Positions 19,667 to 29,053 of a DNA stretch of 64,000 nt are shown piece by piece (position 1 is the stretch's first letter; each line of letters begins with the position of its first letter). The position numbers were made by a program, and so were the translations under genes. The notes under the pieces are model-generated. The model searched no databases, was not told the DNA's origin, and saw only the letters and a list, made by a program, of their open reading frames with translations. This DNA comes from an uncultured Candidatus Saccharimonadales bacterium (GTDB lineage: Bacteria > Patescibacteriota > Saccharimonadia > UBA4664): positions 19,906 through 83,905 of the forward strand of contig CAYXSN010000004.1 in assembly GCA_964467655.1 (NCBI GenBank), read 5' to 3'.

Positions 19667-20143
19667 ATGACCATCACTGAGTGCCCGGCAGACCTCGCAC
19701 GCCTCATCCGCGATGATCCTGCCGTGGTCGGCAGCCTGGGCACACACCTGGTGCCAGCGGCGATGGCCGCAGCCTTGAGCCCGGTCAACCCGGCGGATCC
19801 TCGGGGCCAGGTTTGGCAATTGTCAGTGCCGCTGAGGCCCCAGGGAGCCAGACTGTCGACCGTTTTTGCGGCTGATGGTTGGGTGGGCGCCCAGGTTGTC
19901 GCGGTGGCCGCAGACCGTGGTATGCCTGAGGTGTGCCTGACTGGGTTTCAGCCTCTGAGCGGCGGCCAATGCATTGTGTTCCACAGTGTCAACGGCGTCT
20001 GGACGCAGTTGCTCCCCGCAGCACCGGCGGGCTCCCGCGCACTGTCGTTATGGCCGTTCTACGCAGCTGAGATAGCGGCCTTGGAGCCGTTGGTCGCGGA
20101 GCTGGCGGCTCAGCTAGCACAACCGGCGACGGATCGGCAATGA
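19667..20143 (+). CDS. Hypothetical protein
   Basis: SD GGAG; leader duplicated from the 19084 gene. Confidence 0.65.
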   Translation: MTITECPADLARLIRDDPAVVGSLGTHLVPAAMAAALSPVNPADPRGQVWQLSVPLRPQGARLSTVFAADGWVGAQVVAVAADRGMPEVCLTGFQPLSGGQCIVFHSVNGVWTQLLPAAPAGSRALSLWPFYAAEIAALEPLVAELAAQLAQPATDRQ

Positions 20144-20655
20144 AGCCCGAGGATGCGGCGGCGGCTCGTGAGATCCTGGAAAAACTCCTGGCAAACACTG
20201 GCGACTGGTCTGGTATTGCCGGTACTCACATGCATAGTTTGGCCGCGGTTCCGGCTTGGCTAGAGACTGTCGCCCAGCGACTGCTCACCGACACCAGCCT
20301 GGCGCCAACTGCCATCCAGATGAAGGAAACACATCATCTGGTGCCACTGTGTATCGGCCGCGAGGCTGGTCTGCCAGAAGAAACGGACTCCCTGGTCCTC
20401 CTGCAGCGTGGGCGCTGGCGCTACTGGTTTACCGATTGCCTGATGGCAGTCGAATTACCGGTACTGGATCCAGATTTGGGTGATCCGCAGCGGATGACCA
20501 TCATCTGGAGCACGCGACTGCACTGCCTACTGGTGGTCGCCTGGAATGAGAACCGGGCCCATGTGCGCCTCTCCAGCCATGTGCCACCGGCAGGTATGCA
20601 CCGTGTGGAGCCCAGTATTGCCAGAATGCTCGCACGACTGAGTGACTGTGAATGA
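20140..20655 (+). CDS. Hypothetical protein
   Basis: ATGA overlap with the upstream gene. Confidence 0.65.
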   Translation: MKPEDAAAAREILEKLLANTGDWSGIAGTHMHSLAAVPAWLETVAQRLLTDTSLAPTAIQMKETHHLVPLCIGREAGLPEETDSLVLLQRGRWRYWFTDCLMAVELPVLDPDLGDPQRMTIIWSTRLHCLLVVAWNENRAHVRLSSHVPPAGMHRVEPSIARMLARLSDCE

Positions 20656-20659
20656 ACAC

Positions 20660-20700
20660 GGCCCGGACTGTCCATCGTTATCAGGTGGATGGTCCGGGCC
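20660..20700. terminator. Bidirectional hairpin terminator
   Basis: ggcccggactgtcca / tggatggtccgggcc. Confidence 0.7.
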
Positions 20701-20704
20701 TGAA

Positions 20705-21829
20705 CTATCTCAGATGTTGGCAGAAATCCTGGTACGCCCTGTCGAATGTTAGCTGGCGAGCGAATTCCCAGGCTGCCCGCTGGGTAGCAACATAGGTGTC
20801 GGCATCACTGAGCGCGGTCACTATGGTTTTGGCCAGGCCGGCCGGAGTATTGGCGGCCGTCACATAGCCCGCTCGGCCTCGGTCAACCGCATCATGTAAG
20901 CCGTCAACGTCGTACACCACAGCCGGTGTGCCCTGGCTGGCGGCTTCTGACACAATGAGGCCCCAACCTTCTTTGACTGACGTGACGGTGATGAGATGAC
21001 AACGTTGCATGAGCTCGATCTTGCGCTGATCAGTTGTACGGCCCAACAGCTGGATATGCCGACGATACGGCGAGGCCGTCACTGCTGATTGCACGCGGCG
21101 ACCATACGCACCGCTGTAGTCGCCCGAGATGATGAGTCGCAGATCCGGTAGGTGGCGCTTGGCCATCTCAAACGCCTGGAGCTGATGCAGGGTACGTTTC
21201 ATGCTCCGGACCGCTCCATGCGACAAGATGGTTGGATGCGGGTATTTTGTGATGACGCTGAGCCGGGCAATAGGTTTGATTTGGATACCTTCACTGATGA
21301 GCTTGATGGCCGAGGGTCGAAAGCCGTGGCGCATGAGATCCTGCCGTGTTGATTCTGAGACGGTGATAACGTCGCCAGACCCGCTCAACAGGCGCAGATA
21401 GAGAGGCTCAACTAGGTAGCCAACCACCGATATGGGCAACGGCATTTCGTAGAACCAGATCTGGCGCGCCAATTGATGGAACAATTGGATCGTGCGGACC
21501 CCGGCATAGAAGCGTGCAAAGTACGGTACCGTGTTGCATTCGTCGATCACCAGCTGAGGCGCCAGCTGCCGGCGATGGCGGTGGTAGTACCAGGCGGTGG
21601 TCAGATACGTACTCAGCCGATTGCCGGTGCGCACGATGTGGTACCCGGCTGGATCGGTGCCGTGCCGGGGCGCCGGCTGGCCGGTAGCGGGATCAGTGTA
21701 ACCGCCTGTGAGCAGGGTGACGGTGTGGCCAGCGGCTACCAGGCGGGTCATCAACTCATGGGCGACCACCTCGGCACCACCAGCCGTGGGGTGGCCACGG
21801 TCTTTCCACGCCAACCAAACAATGTTCAT
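20705..21829 (-). CDS. Glycosyltransferase family 4
   Basis: AGGAE, KEGWGLIVSEAASQGTP. Confidence 0.92.
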   Translation of the reverse strand: MNIVWLAWKDRGHPTAGGAEVVAHELMTRLVAAGHTVTLLTGGYTDPATGQPAPRHGTDPAGYHIVRTGNRLSTYLTTAWYYHRHRRQLAPQLVIDECNTVPYFARFYAGVRTIQLFHQLARQIWFYEMPLPISVVGYLVEPLYLRLLSGSGDVITVSESTRQDLMRHGFRPSAIKLISEGIQIKPIARLSVITKYPHPTILSHGAVRSMKRTLHQLQAFEMAKRHLPDLRLIISGDYSGAYGRRVQSAVTASPYRRHIQLLGRTTDQRKIELMQRCHLITVTSVKEGWGLIVSEAASQGTPAVVYDVDGLHDAVDRGRAGYVTAANTPAGLAKTIVTALSDADTYVATQRAAWEFARQLTFDRAYQDFCQHLR

Positions 21830-22821
21830 GCCGACGGCTCCCGGTGACGAGCGTCATGCCGGCGGGGGCGGCGCAGCACATACAGCGGCCTGTTGGTCAC
21901 TTCGGCATGAATCGCCCCAATGTAGAGCGACATCAGGCCGAGGCTCGCCAACACCATACCTACCATGAATACCAGCAGGACCGCTAATTGCGCCGTACCT
22001 GTGAAATTCATGTTCCACGGATCATCAAGTAGATATTTTTCAACATACATAAATAGGCCCAATGGCAGTGAAATACTCGTAATAATCACTCCCAGGTAGC
22101 CGGCCAGCTTGAGTGGGAATAAGCTCAGCGAGATCACACTGTGCATCGCCAGCGTAAAGAGCTTGCTCCAACCATAACTGGCCCGGCCGGCGTGGCGCTG
22201 TCCAGGCATGAAGGTAATCTCGGCCCGGCGGAAACCGAGCCAATCGATCAGGCCCCGAGTCATGCGGTTGCGCTCGGTAAACCGATTAAACTCATCGATC
22301 ACTAGGCGGTCGAGCAGCCGAAAATCGGTGGCGCCCGGTGTGACCGCCTGCTCGGCGATCAGGTTGATGAAACGATAAAACAGATGTGAGGTGGTGCGCT
22401 TGAGCCAACCGGCATGACGCCTCGACCGGGCACGAACTCCCACCACCACTTCCGCGCCCTCCTCCCAAGCCGCCAGGAATCGGGCGATGAGCTGCGGGGG
22501 GTGTTGCAGATCAGCGTCGATCATGATGGCAGCCTCACCCCGGGCCCGATGCAAGCCGGCAGTAATGGCCACTTCTTTGCCGAAGTTGCGCGCTAGTTCA
22601 ACTACCTGGATCCGCTGATCATGCCGGGCTAGACGGCGCGCGATGGTCACTGTTTCGTCACTGGAGCCATCGTCGACCATGAGGATTTCAAATTGATACG
22701 GCAGGGTGGCGAGAGCGGCTGTGAGCACCTGGTGAAGTTCAGGTAAACCAGCCTCCTCATTGTGGCAGGGCACGATGAGAGTGATAAGCGGTCGGCTGGG
22801 GACTGATGCTGGCTGACTCAT
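21826..22821 (-). CDS. Polyprenol-phosphate glycosyltransferase, GT2 GtrB/ArnC-like
   Basis: VPCHNEE, VDDGSSD, RNFGKE, DADLQHPP, two C-terminal TMs. Confidence 0.92.
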   Translation of the reverse strand: MSQPASVPSRPLITLIVPCHNEEAGLPELHQVLTAALATLPYQFEILMVDDGSSDETVTIARRLARHDQRIQVVELARNFGKEVAITAGLHRARGEAAIMIDADLQHPPQLIARFLAAWEEGAEVVVGVRARSRRHAGWLKRTTSHLFYRFINLIAEQAVTPGATDFRLLDRLVIDEFNRFTERNRMTRGLIDWLGFRRAEITFMPGQRHAGRASYGWSKLFTLAMHSVISLSLFPLKLAGYLGVIITSISLPLGLFMYVEKYLLDDPWNMNFTGTAQLAVLLVFMVGMVLASLGLMSLYIGAIHAEVTNRPLYVLRRPRRHDARHREPSA

Positions 22822-24086
22822 AATGTGCGCTTTCCCCGCCAGCCCGTCGCCAGCGTCGTCGCCAATAAGATAGTACTTCCGGCCAGCAAACCGGTGACGA
22901 TGTCGGCTATCTGCTGATGCCACATCAGGAGCCAGGCCATCATAGCTCCAAGCCCCACGATAGCTGCGGGTGCTGCCCAAACCCGCCGCAGGGCGACCTG
23001 GTACAAAAGCAACAGATTTGCCAATGAGAGAATAAAAATGGCTAGGCTCAGGGTGGGCAGCAAATGAGCGACTTCGGCATAGCGCGGCCCGACCAACAGA
23101 CTCGTGACCCAACCGGGCTGCCACACGAATAATCCCAAGGCGCTACCACCCAACAGCACCAATAGCGCAACTGACCGCCGCAGCAACGCCCGGTTGGCGG
23201 CAGCCGGCCCCTGTGGTACAACCGATGCCACCAGTACGCCCGTGAGTGGTCCCGTCAAAAAGAACATGATGCGTGCAACTGTCGCGATGCCGGCATACAG
23301 GCCAGCTTCGGCGGGCGCAAAATAGTGTTTGGCAAACAGGATGTCGAGCGACAAGATGGTATTGACCGCCAACGACGTGAGCAGCACCAATCCGGCGTAC
23401 CTGAGTTCTGGGCGGATTAGGCCGACGTCTGGGCGGCGGAGCACCAGGTAGTGACGGAAACTATTGGGACGACCCAACCGCCGGGCTACCATGGTACTGT
23501 AGCCAAGACTCAATACCTGAGAAGCCACCACTCCCATGACAGCGCCAATGGCCCGGAGCCCGGCCAGCACGAGGCCGGCCGACAGTAGTAGTTTGGAACC
23601 CGCGCCCAGAATGTTGGCGGTTGAGAGCTGGACAAAGCGCTGATGGGCCTGGATATAGGCTCCTGCAAACGCGCCGGGTACACCCAGTAGCACCGACAGC
23701 GCCAGCAAGAGAAATGGCCAGGGTGACGTAAAGTTGAGGAAGCCTTGCAACCATGTGCTGGCGAGTGCCATGGCGACACAGAGCGCTAGTCCGATCCACA
23801 AGGCGATCCTTTCGAGCTCAGCTAGCAAGGGAGCCTGGTCAATGGGCCGAGGATATCGCTTGACGACGTTAATGGTCACAAGACTCAAGACCGATAATAA
23901 GACGCCGGTCTGGAGAAAAAACGAGATAATGGCCTGAACCTCTCCAAAATCGGCTGGCGAGAGCAACCGGCCCAGCACCGGATAATACAAATAGTTCAAG
24001 AACGATACGACAGTCGATCCTATGAAGAAGATGGCGTTTTGGCGCAGAAACGGACTATGGGCAATGGACCGCACGAGTGGTATCAC
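22818..24086 (-). CDS. Oligosaccharide flippase (Wzx family)
   Basis: ~12 TMs, GRLLSPADFG, AGLYAG. Confidence 0.85.
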   Translation of the reverse strand: MIPLVRSIAHSPFLRQNAIFFIGSTVVSFLNYLYYPVLGRLLSPADFGEVQAIISFFLQTGVLLSVLSLVTINVVKRYPRPIDQAPLLAELERIALWIGLALCVAMALASTWLQGFLNFTSPWPFLLLALSVLLGVPGAFAGAYIQAHQRFVQLSTANILGAGSKLLLSAGLVLAGLRAIGAVMGVVASQVLSLGYSTMVARRLGRPNSFRHYLVLRRPDVGLIRPELRYAGLVLLTSLAVNTILSLDILFAKHYFAPAEAGLYAGIATVARIMFFLTGPLTGVLVASVVPQGPAAANRALLRRSVALLVLLGGSALGLFVWQPGWVTSLLVGPRYAEVAHLLPTLSLAIFILSLANLLLLYQVALRRVWAAPAAIVGLGAMMAWLLMWHQQIADIVTGLLAGSTILLATTLATGWRGKRTL

Positions 24087-24249
24087 GCGTCTGATTATAT
24101 CAGATATCGCTTGTGGTTATGAATGCCCTCATAGTGGTTGTTATTTTTGTCAGACAATGGTATAGTTTCGCCCAAGCCGCCGGGTTTGTCCGGCCGGTTT
24201 GTTCTTTGGCATGGTTTCCTGTGTGATTATCAATCCTCTGGAGGCGGTC

Positions 24250-25431
24250 GTGCACCAAGCCGGTACCCACCGCCCTCTGTGGGCGATTCGCATCATGCTC
24301 GTGTTCGCTGATCTGCGACTGACAGGCTTCATCGAAGTTACCTATTTGCTGAAGCTTGGCTTCAAACCGAGCCAGATTGGCCTGATTGCGGCTTTACCTT
24401 TCGCTGCGCACTTGCTGGCTAATATTCCGGCAGGCTGGTGGAGCGACCGTTTCCAGCGGCATCGGCGCATCGTTATTACGACTGGGCTCGCTTGCATGAC
24501 GATGGCCCTGGCCGGCTTCGGCTGGCTGCCTGGTGCGGTATTTTGGCCGGCGGCCATTCTGACAGTCCTTCGCGGCGTCGGCTACGCCCTCTACTACAGC
24601 ACAAATGACGCGTTTACCCTGCTGCATTACGGTGCGCGACAGGACTCGGCGGCAGAGGCTCAACGTGAGCGTTCACGCTCGTGGGGGTATACCATGACGA
24701 TCCAGTGCGTAGGCGTGATGGGTATCCTCTTGGTGCTCGCATTGGCGCCCCAGACGGCCTTGCGCATGTTCTATTTCGTCCAGGCGGCCGCCCTGATGAT
24801 TGCCACATTGGCATCGCTGCGATTGCCCAGACCCGTCATGTTGGCACGACGCCGCGACCAGAGTGTGCGGCTCATGCTGCGCAGTCTAGGTGATGGCTGG
24901 TGGTATATTGGGCACTCGATAGCGACCATGGCCTTTACCAATAGCATGGCTACTATTACCCAATTGCATTTGTCGTTGCTGGGCCGGACACCACATGATC
25001 TGCTGCTCTTTTCGGTCGGGTTCTACTCCGTGGCAGCCTTGTGCGCTTTCTTTGTGCACCCGCTTGAGCGCACACTTGGCGCGGCTGGTGCCGTCATGCT
25101 GGCGGCATGGCTGTGCGCGATAACCGTCGCTTGGTTCGGATTGGCTAGTCCGTCGGTCATCCAATACGGTACTTTCCTTTTTGGCCTGCTGTTTGGAGTG
25201 CGCAACGGGATCGATAAAACCCGGATGATGCAGTTGAGTCAATGGCCGGCGCTGTTGATGTCAATTCAAGTAGCTGCCTCAATGGGCCTGACCAGCGTGC
25301 TGATCGCCGTGAGCGGCCGGATTACAGAAGCCTTTGGCATTCAATGGGTCTTGCTACTCGTGACGCTTGTGCTTGTTCTGCCAGCCGTTTTATGCGGCTG
25401 GCACGCCCGGCATACTTCGAGAGGATGGTAA
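24250..25431 (+). CDS. MFS transporter
   Basis: ~12 TMs, motif A GWWSDRFQRHR; GGAGG with GTG start. Confidence 0.85.
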   Translation: MHQAGTHRPLWAIRIMLVFADLRLTGFIEVTYLLKLGFKPSQIGLIAALPFAAHLLANIPAGWWSDRFQRHRRIVITTGLACMTMALAGFGWLPGAVFWPAAILTVLRGVGYALYYSTNDAFTLLHYGARQDSAAEAQRERSRSWGYTMTIQCVGVMGILLVLALAPQTALRMFYFVQAAALMIATLASLRLPRPVMLARRRDQSVRLMLRSLGDGWWYIGHSIATMAFTNSMATITQLHLSLLGRTPHDLLLFSVGFYSVAALCAFFVHPLERTLGAAGAVMLAAWLCAITVAWFGLASPSVIQYGTFLFGLLFGVRNGIDKTRMMQLSQWPALLMSIQVAASMGLTSVLIAVSGRITEAFGIQWVLLLVTLVLVLPAVLCGWHARHTSRGW

Positions 25432-25433
25432 CG

Positions 25434-25922
25434 ATGATGTTTCTTCCAACGATCGTTCAAAACCCGCTACACGCAGGCGCCCAGCTAGATGTCACCACAC
25501 TGAACCAGCGCGAGTGGGATCTGGTGGCGGCCCTGACCGGCGCTGCCCAAACGACCCAGCGCCACCCACTACTGGTAGCGCCCTACCTTCGGGTAGAGAT
25601 GTATCAGGCGGCACTCAGGTCTTTGTCACTTGACGACGAGGGCACAATGGAAGTGCTTGGTGAACTGGCCGACCTGATCAGGCTCATGAAGCAGTTGCCT
25701 CAAGCCGATGACGCCCGGGCGTTGACCCATTGGTTGGTGGCCCAAGAACTGTGGCCGGTTACTACTGAGCTGCGGCCAGTGGATTATCCGCTCGTCTTGG
25801 CCATGGCAGCCTATTGGGCGGCCGACCAGTTGAGGATCTCGGTCACTTTGGCGCAGGCGCTGACTACTTGTTCACCGGCAGCACGGCCTGGCAACCATCT
25901 ACTGACCGCAATCGCTGTTTGA
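25434..25922 (+). CDS. Hypothetical protein
   Basis: Operonic with the MFS gene; start uncertain. Confidence 0.55.
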   Translation: MMFLPTIVQNPLHAGAQLDVTTLNQREWDLVAALTGAAQTTQRHPLLVAPYLRVEMYQAALRSLSLDDEGTMEVLGELADLIRLMKQLPQADDARALTHWLVAQELWPVTTELRPVDYPLVLAMAAYWAADQLRISVTLAQALTTCSPAARPGNHLLTAIAV

Positions 25923-25949
25923 GATTCGCGAAACGAAGGGAACGTTATC

Positions 25950-26309
25950 ATGACAACGACGTCTGGTGGTTTGATGGCAACTGATACGGAACAGTATTTT
26001 CGAGATGGAGAACGGCACCTCGCCGGTTCCAGCAACTTGCTGGGCTTTGGCCACTTCTGCCTAACGGCGCTCATACGGGTCGAGTTTTATGCTCAGCATG
26101 TCGTCCATTCTGAGCTGACAGCCTGCCTGGAGGCCCTGCAGCAGCTTGCTGCAGGCGATCATGCAACAGCAGTAAAGAAACTCGTGAATACTCAGTCGTC
26201 ATTCATCACGATGACTGAGGCTGCCGCCCGGATTGACGCTGGCGAAATCAGTATGGCTGAAGCTATGATCGCGTTTCACGCCGCCCGCATCTTTGCCGGT
26301 GTCGTCTGA
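25950..26309 (+). CDS. Hypothetical protein
   Basis: 119 aa ORF followed by a hairpin. Confidence 0.6.
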   Translation: MTTTSGGLMATDTEQYFRDGERHLAGSSNLLGFGHFCLTALIRVEFYAQHVVHSELTACLEALQQLAAGDHATAVKKLVNTQSSFITMTEAAARIDAGEISMAEAMIAFHAARIFAGVV

Positions 26310-26337
26310 CACGCTCTGGCTTCCGTCGAAGCTCTCC

Positions 26338-26378
26338 GCCCCGTGGATTCTACCTCAAATGGGTAGCGTCCACGGGGC
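26338..26378 (+). terminator. Long hairpin terminator
   Basis: gccccgtggat / gtccacggggc. Confidence 0.65.
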
Positions 26379-26505
26379 TTCTCTATTGCTCAAAGTGACG
26401 CAATATGGTATGTTAGGCGGGTCCGCCTGGTCCCATACTTTGTATGTGATCTCTCGGCTCGGAAGCATCAGAAAACAGGTTTTCGTCTGCTTCACTCACC
26501 TTCAA

Positions 26506-26580
26506 GGTCCCATCGTCTAGCGGTTAGGACAACGGATTTTCATTCCGTCAACCGGGGTTCGACTCCCCGTGGGACTACCA
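26506..26580 (+). tRNA. tRNA-Glu(TTC)
   Basis: Acceptor GGTCCCA/TGGGACT, anticodon arm ACGGA-TTTTCAT-TCCGT, GTTCGAC T-loop, encoded CCA. Confidence 0.97.
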
Positions 26581-26678
26581 TTGCACTTATGCTTGAGATT
26601 AAGCTCGCATATCTTATAATTAAGTTATCTGAGCTTTGGTAGGCGCACAAAAAGACCCCGAAAGGGGGCCTTTTTGTT
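26575..26678 (+). repeat. Module A copy 1: tRNA 3' end 20-mer plus terminator
   Basis: ctaccattgcacttatgctt recurs at 29022 and 29708; 26625-26678 recurs at 29759-29811. Confidence 0.85.
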
Positions 26679-26818
26679 ATTTATCCATCAGCCGCCTACC
26701 CACCTGATGGCCAGAAGCCGGAACTCCGAGCTTGACATATTGGTAGGCGTCTTACCCATCAACACTCCGGCTCCACCCTTAATTATATCTTATTTACCGT
26801 ACAAATACCAAACAAATA

Positions 26819-27157
26819 CTACTCTTTTTGTCTGCGTTCCTCAAACCATTGTTGCGGCCGGTTGAATTGCCAGGGGTCGCGGACGTTACACTTTTGAACT
26901 TCTAACTTTTCCCAAACTTTTCCGACGAGGTAGGGCTCTTTATCTAGCCACGTATGCAGCTCTTTCTCCGACGGGAAGTCCATGAGCAGCATCGACCCGA
27001 TCATTTGATTATTGGTATCCCATAAGGCGGCGCCGTACCACATATTGCCAGATTGACGAAGCTCCTCGCCCATTTCGATGTGAGCAGGCCGGGCGGCTAG
27101 GCGACGAGCCGGAGCTTCGAGATCGGTACCGTCGCGACCGATGATGAGATATTGCAT
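26819..27157 (-). CDS. YciI family protein
   Basis: RLAARPAH, GSMLLMDF, EPY. Confidence 0.88.
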   Translation of the reverse strand: MQYLIIGRDGTDLEAPARRLAARPAHIEMGEELRQSGNMWYGAALWDTNNQMIGSMLLMDFPSEKELHTWLDKEPYLVGKVWEKLEVQKCNVRDPWQFNRPQQWFEERRQKE

Positions 27158-27180
27158 GCGATTTATCCGATTAGTGGCTC

Positions 27181-27236
27181 GATTATAACTTGAGGCGCCA
27201 CCATCTGACGACCTCAGCGGCCACTTCGTTCCAAAT
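27181..27236 (-). promoter_or_regulatory. Module B copy 1: repeated promoter block
   Basis: TCGTCA-18-TATAAT; 27196-27236 nearly identical to 29653-29694. Confidence 0.7.
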
Positions 27237-27358
27237 CGAAGGCAGTAAGCCTACAAGGAATTATTTGACTTTATCAAGCCCCAATCATATACGCCCCAAA
27301 TCTGTTTTCGAACGAGTAACCCGCCGCAGCATATTGGCAACGGCGGGTTTGGTTTTGG

Positions 27359-28699
27359 CTAGCGGATTTGCTGACTGAGCAGCTCGGGCCATTCCCGGGG
27401 AATGAATGGTTTGTTCGACCCGGAGCTGGCGATTTCTCGCACCGCTTGGTCAAGCTTGACCGATCCACCCAGAGCTTCTTGCTCGCCAATAACAATGGCG
27501 TACGGCACGAGGTCTTCGCGGGCTTGCCTTACCTTTTTACCAACACTGTCGTTACGGTCGTCAATCTCGAGACGCACTGGCTGGCCGGCCAATTTGGCGC
27601 CGAGCTGCCGACACAGATCAACGTACTTGTCACTAACTGGAACGAGCCTGATATGGACGGGATATAGCCAAAGCGGTAGACCATCTGGGAATCGATCGAG
27701 CGCTGCGTACAGGTAACGTTCGATACCACCCGGAATGGCCGAGTGGATGATCACGGGATGACGACTATCGCCCTGCTCATCCACGTACTGGATACCCAAA
27801 CGTGGCGCGTTGCCAACATCAATCTGGATACACGCAATTTCACGCGACTGGCCAAGGGCGTCCATAATCTTGTAATCGACATTGATGATCCAGTAGCGAT
27901 CGGCGCCGTCGTTGATGATACCAGCCAGCACGTCGCGGCCAAGGCTAGCGGCCACCTTTGCGATTTCATCCCGGTATTGTTCCCAGTATTCGGGTGACGA
28001 TACCTCGATACAAACTTCGTAGTCACGGTTCAGTTCTCGACCGCTGGCCAGGATTTGTTCCTGTAGTTTAGGAAACCACTTAAAAGCCTGGGCAACGTCG
28101 CGGAAATACGGGTGAATGTCTGGCATATAAAATCGGCGCTGGCGATACAGCAACATGCATTCGCCGCTTTGCTCAGCGCGGTAGCAGTCGGACAGTGAAA
28201 AGTGCGCAAACGGCAGGTTCTTATAGTTTAGACCATGCTGCTTCGCCAGATTGAACTGCGGGTAGCTCGCGTCGTAGCTCATAACCAGCTGGTTGTTGCC
28301 CGATTTGAACTGATACAGCCGGTCGCCATACAAATGGGCGTAGGCCGCCACGACTGGATGGTCAAGGTTGAATAGGTTTGAACCATTTACTTCATACATG
28401 GGCAAGCCAACAGCGCTCACCAGCTGTCGAGCATAATCTTGAACGAGCCGGCGCATGAGGTTGGCTTTATAGTCGTACTGGACAATACCAATGTCGGCGT
28501 TGGGTTCCCACCCAAAGCCAAGCTTCTTAGCAATCGCTAGATAGGCGGGTTTGCCCTCGGAACCGCGATTGACACCAGCCCGCTGGGCTTCGCGCAGGAC
28601 GAATAATCTAAAACTATCTGAACCTGCGCCTGATTCCAAATAGGCCTCGGCCGAGTTGACCCGGCCATCAGGTCTAATTACGTAATATTGATCTTTCAT
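27359..28699 (-). CDS. thrS: Threonyl-tRNA synthetase, archaeal-type catalytic and anticodon domains, no N-terminal editing domain
   Basis: YRAEQSGE, RRFYMPDIH, IIHSAIPGGIER, PLWLYP, DDRNDSVGKKVR. Confidence 0.8.
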   Translation of the reverse strand: MKDQYYVIRPDGRVNSAEAYLESGAGSDSFRLFVLREAQRAGVNRGSEGKPAYLAIAKKLGFGWEPNADIGIVQYDYKANLMRRLVQDYARQLVSAVGLPMYEVNGSNLFNLDHPVVAAYAHLYGDRLYQFKSGNNQLVMSYDASYPQFNLAKQHGLNYKNLPFAHFSLSDCYRAEQSGECMLLYRQRRFYMPDIHPYFRDVAQAFKWFPKLQEQILASGRELNRDYEVCIEVSSPEYWEQYRDEIAKVAASLGRDVLAGIINDGADRYWIINVDYKIMDALGQSREIACIQIDVGNAPRLGIQYVDEQGDSRHPVIIHSAIPGGIERYLYAALDRFPDGLPLWLYPVHIRLVPVSDKYVDLCRQLGAKLAGQPVRLEIDDRNDSVGKKVRQAREDLVPYAIVIGEQEALGGSVKLDQAVREIASSGSNKPFIPREWPELLSQQIR

Positions 28700-28767
28700 T
28701 GCAATACTCCATTTAGAATTGGTTGACTCTAGGTGCCGCTCTAAATGAAGTTTTGGGCCGAGATACC

Positions 28768-28884
28768 AAAAACTCCCGCTGCCGGGAGATTTTTAAGCAA
28801 TCGCAAACTACCGACAGGCTAGAACGTAGCTGTCGCTGTCTCGTTGATAACGATGTAGTTTGATTGAATCATGTTCTAATTATA
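28768..28884 (-). promoter_or_regulatory. Transcription attenuator upstream of thrS
   Basis: Extended -10 TGTTATAAT, leader ORF, mutually exclusive hairpins, terminator ctcccg/cgggag followed by T5. Confidence 0.75.
28819..28872 (-). CDS. Leader peptide MIQSNYIVINETATATF
   Basis: 17 aa, three Thr codons near the 3' end, ATG 6 nt after TATAAT. Confidence 0.7.
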   Translation of the reverse strand: MIQSNYIVINETATATF

Positions 28885-29021
28885 ACACGCTTGTGGTTGA
28901 TGGTCAATTTTTACCAGTTTCGGTTACTAGCTGGTAATACCCTCAGGCGGCTTTACCTGGAACGAGCGATACCAAACCGCCAGCCCATCTCTGATACGGT
29001 TCCAATTCGCGATATGGTAGT

Positions 29022-29041
29022 CTACCAATGCACTTATGCTT
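29022..29041 (+). repeat. Module A core copy 2
   Basis: 19/20 identical to 26575-26594. Confidence 0.8.
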
Positions 29042-29053
29042 AAATGAGAAGCT

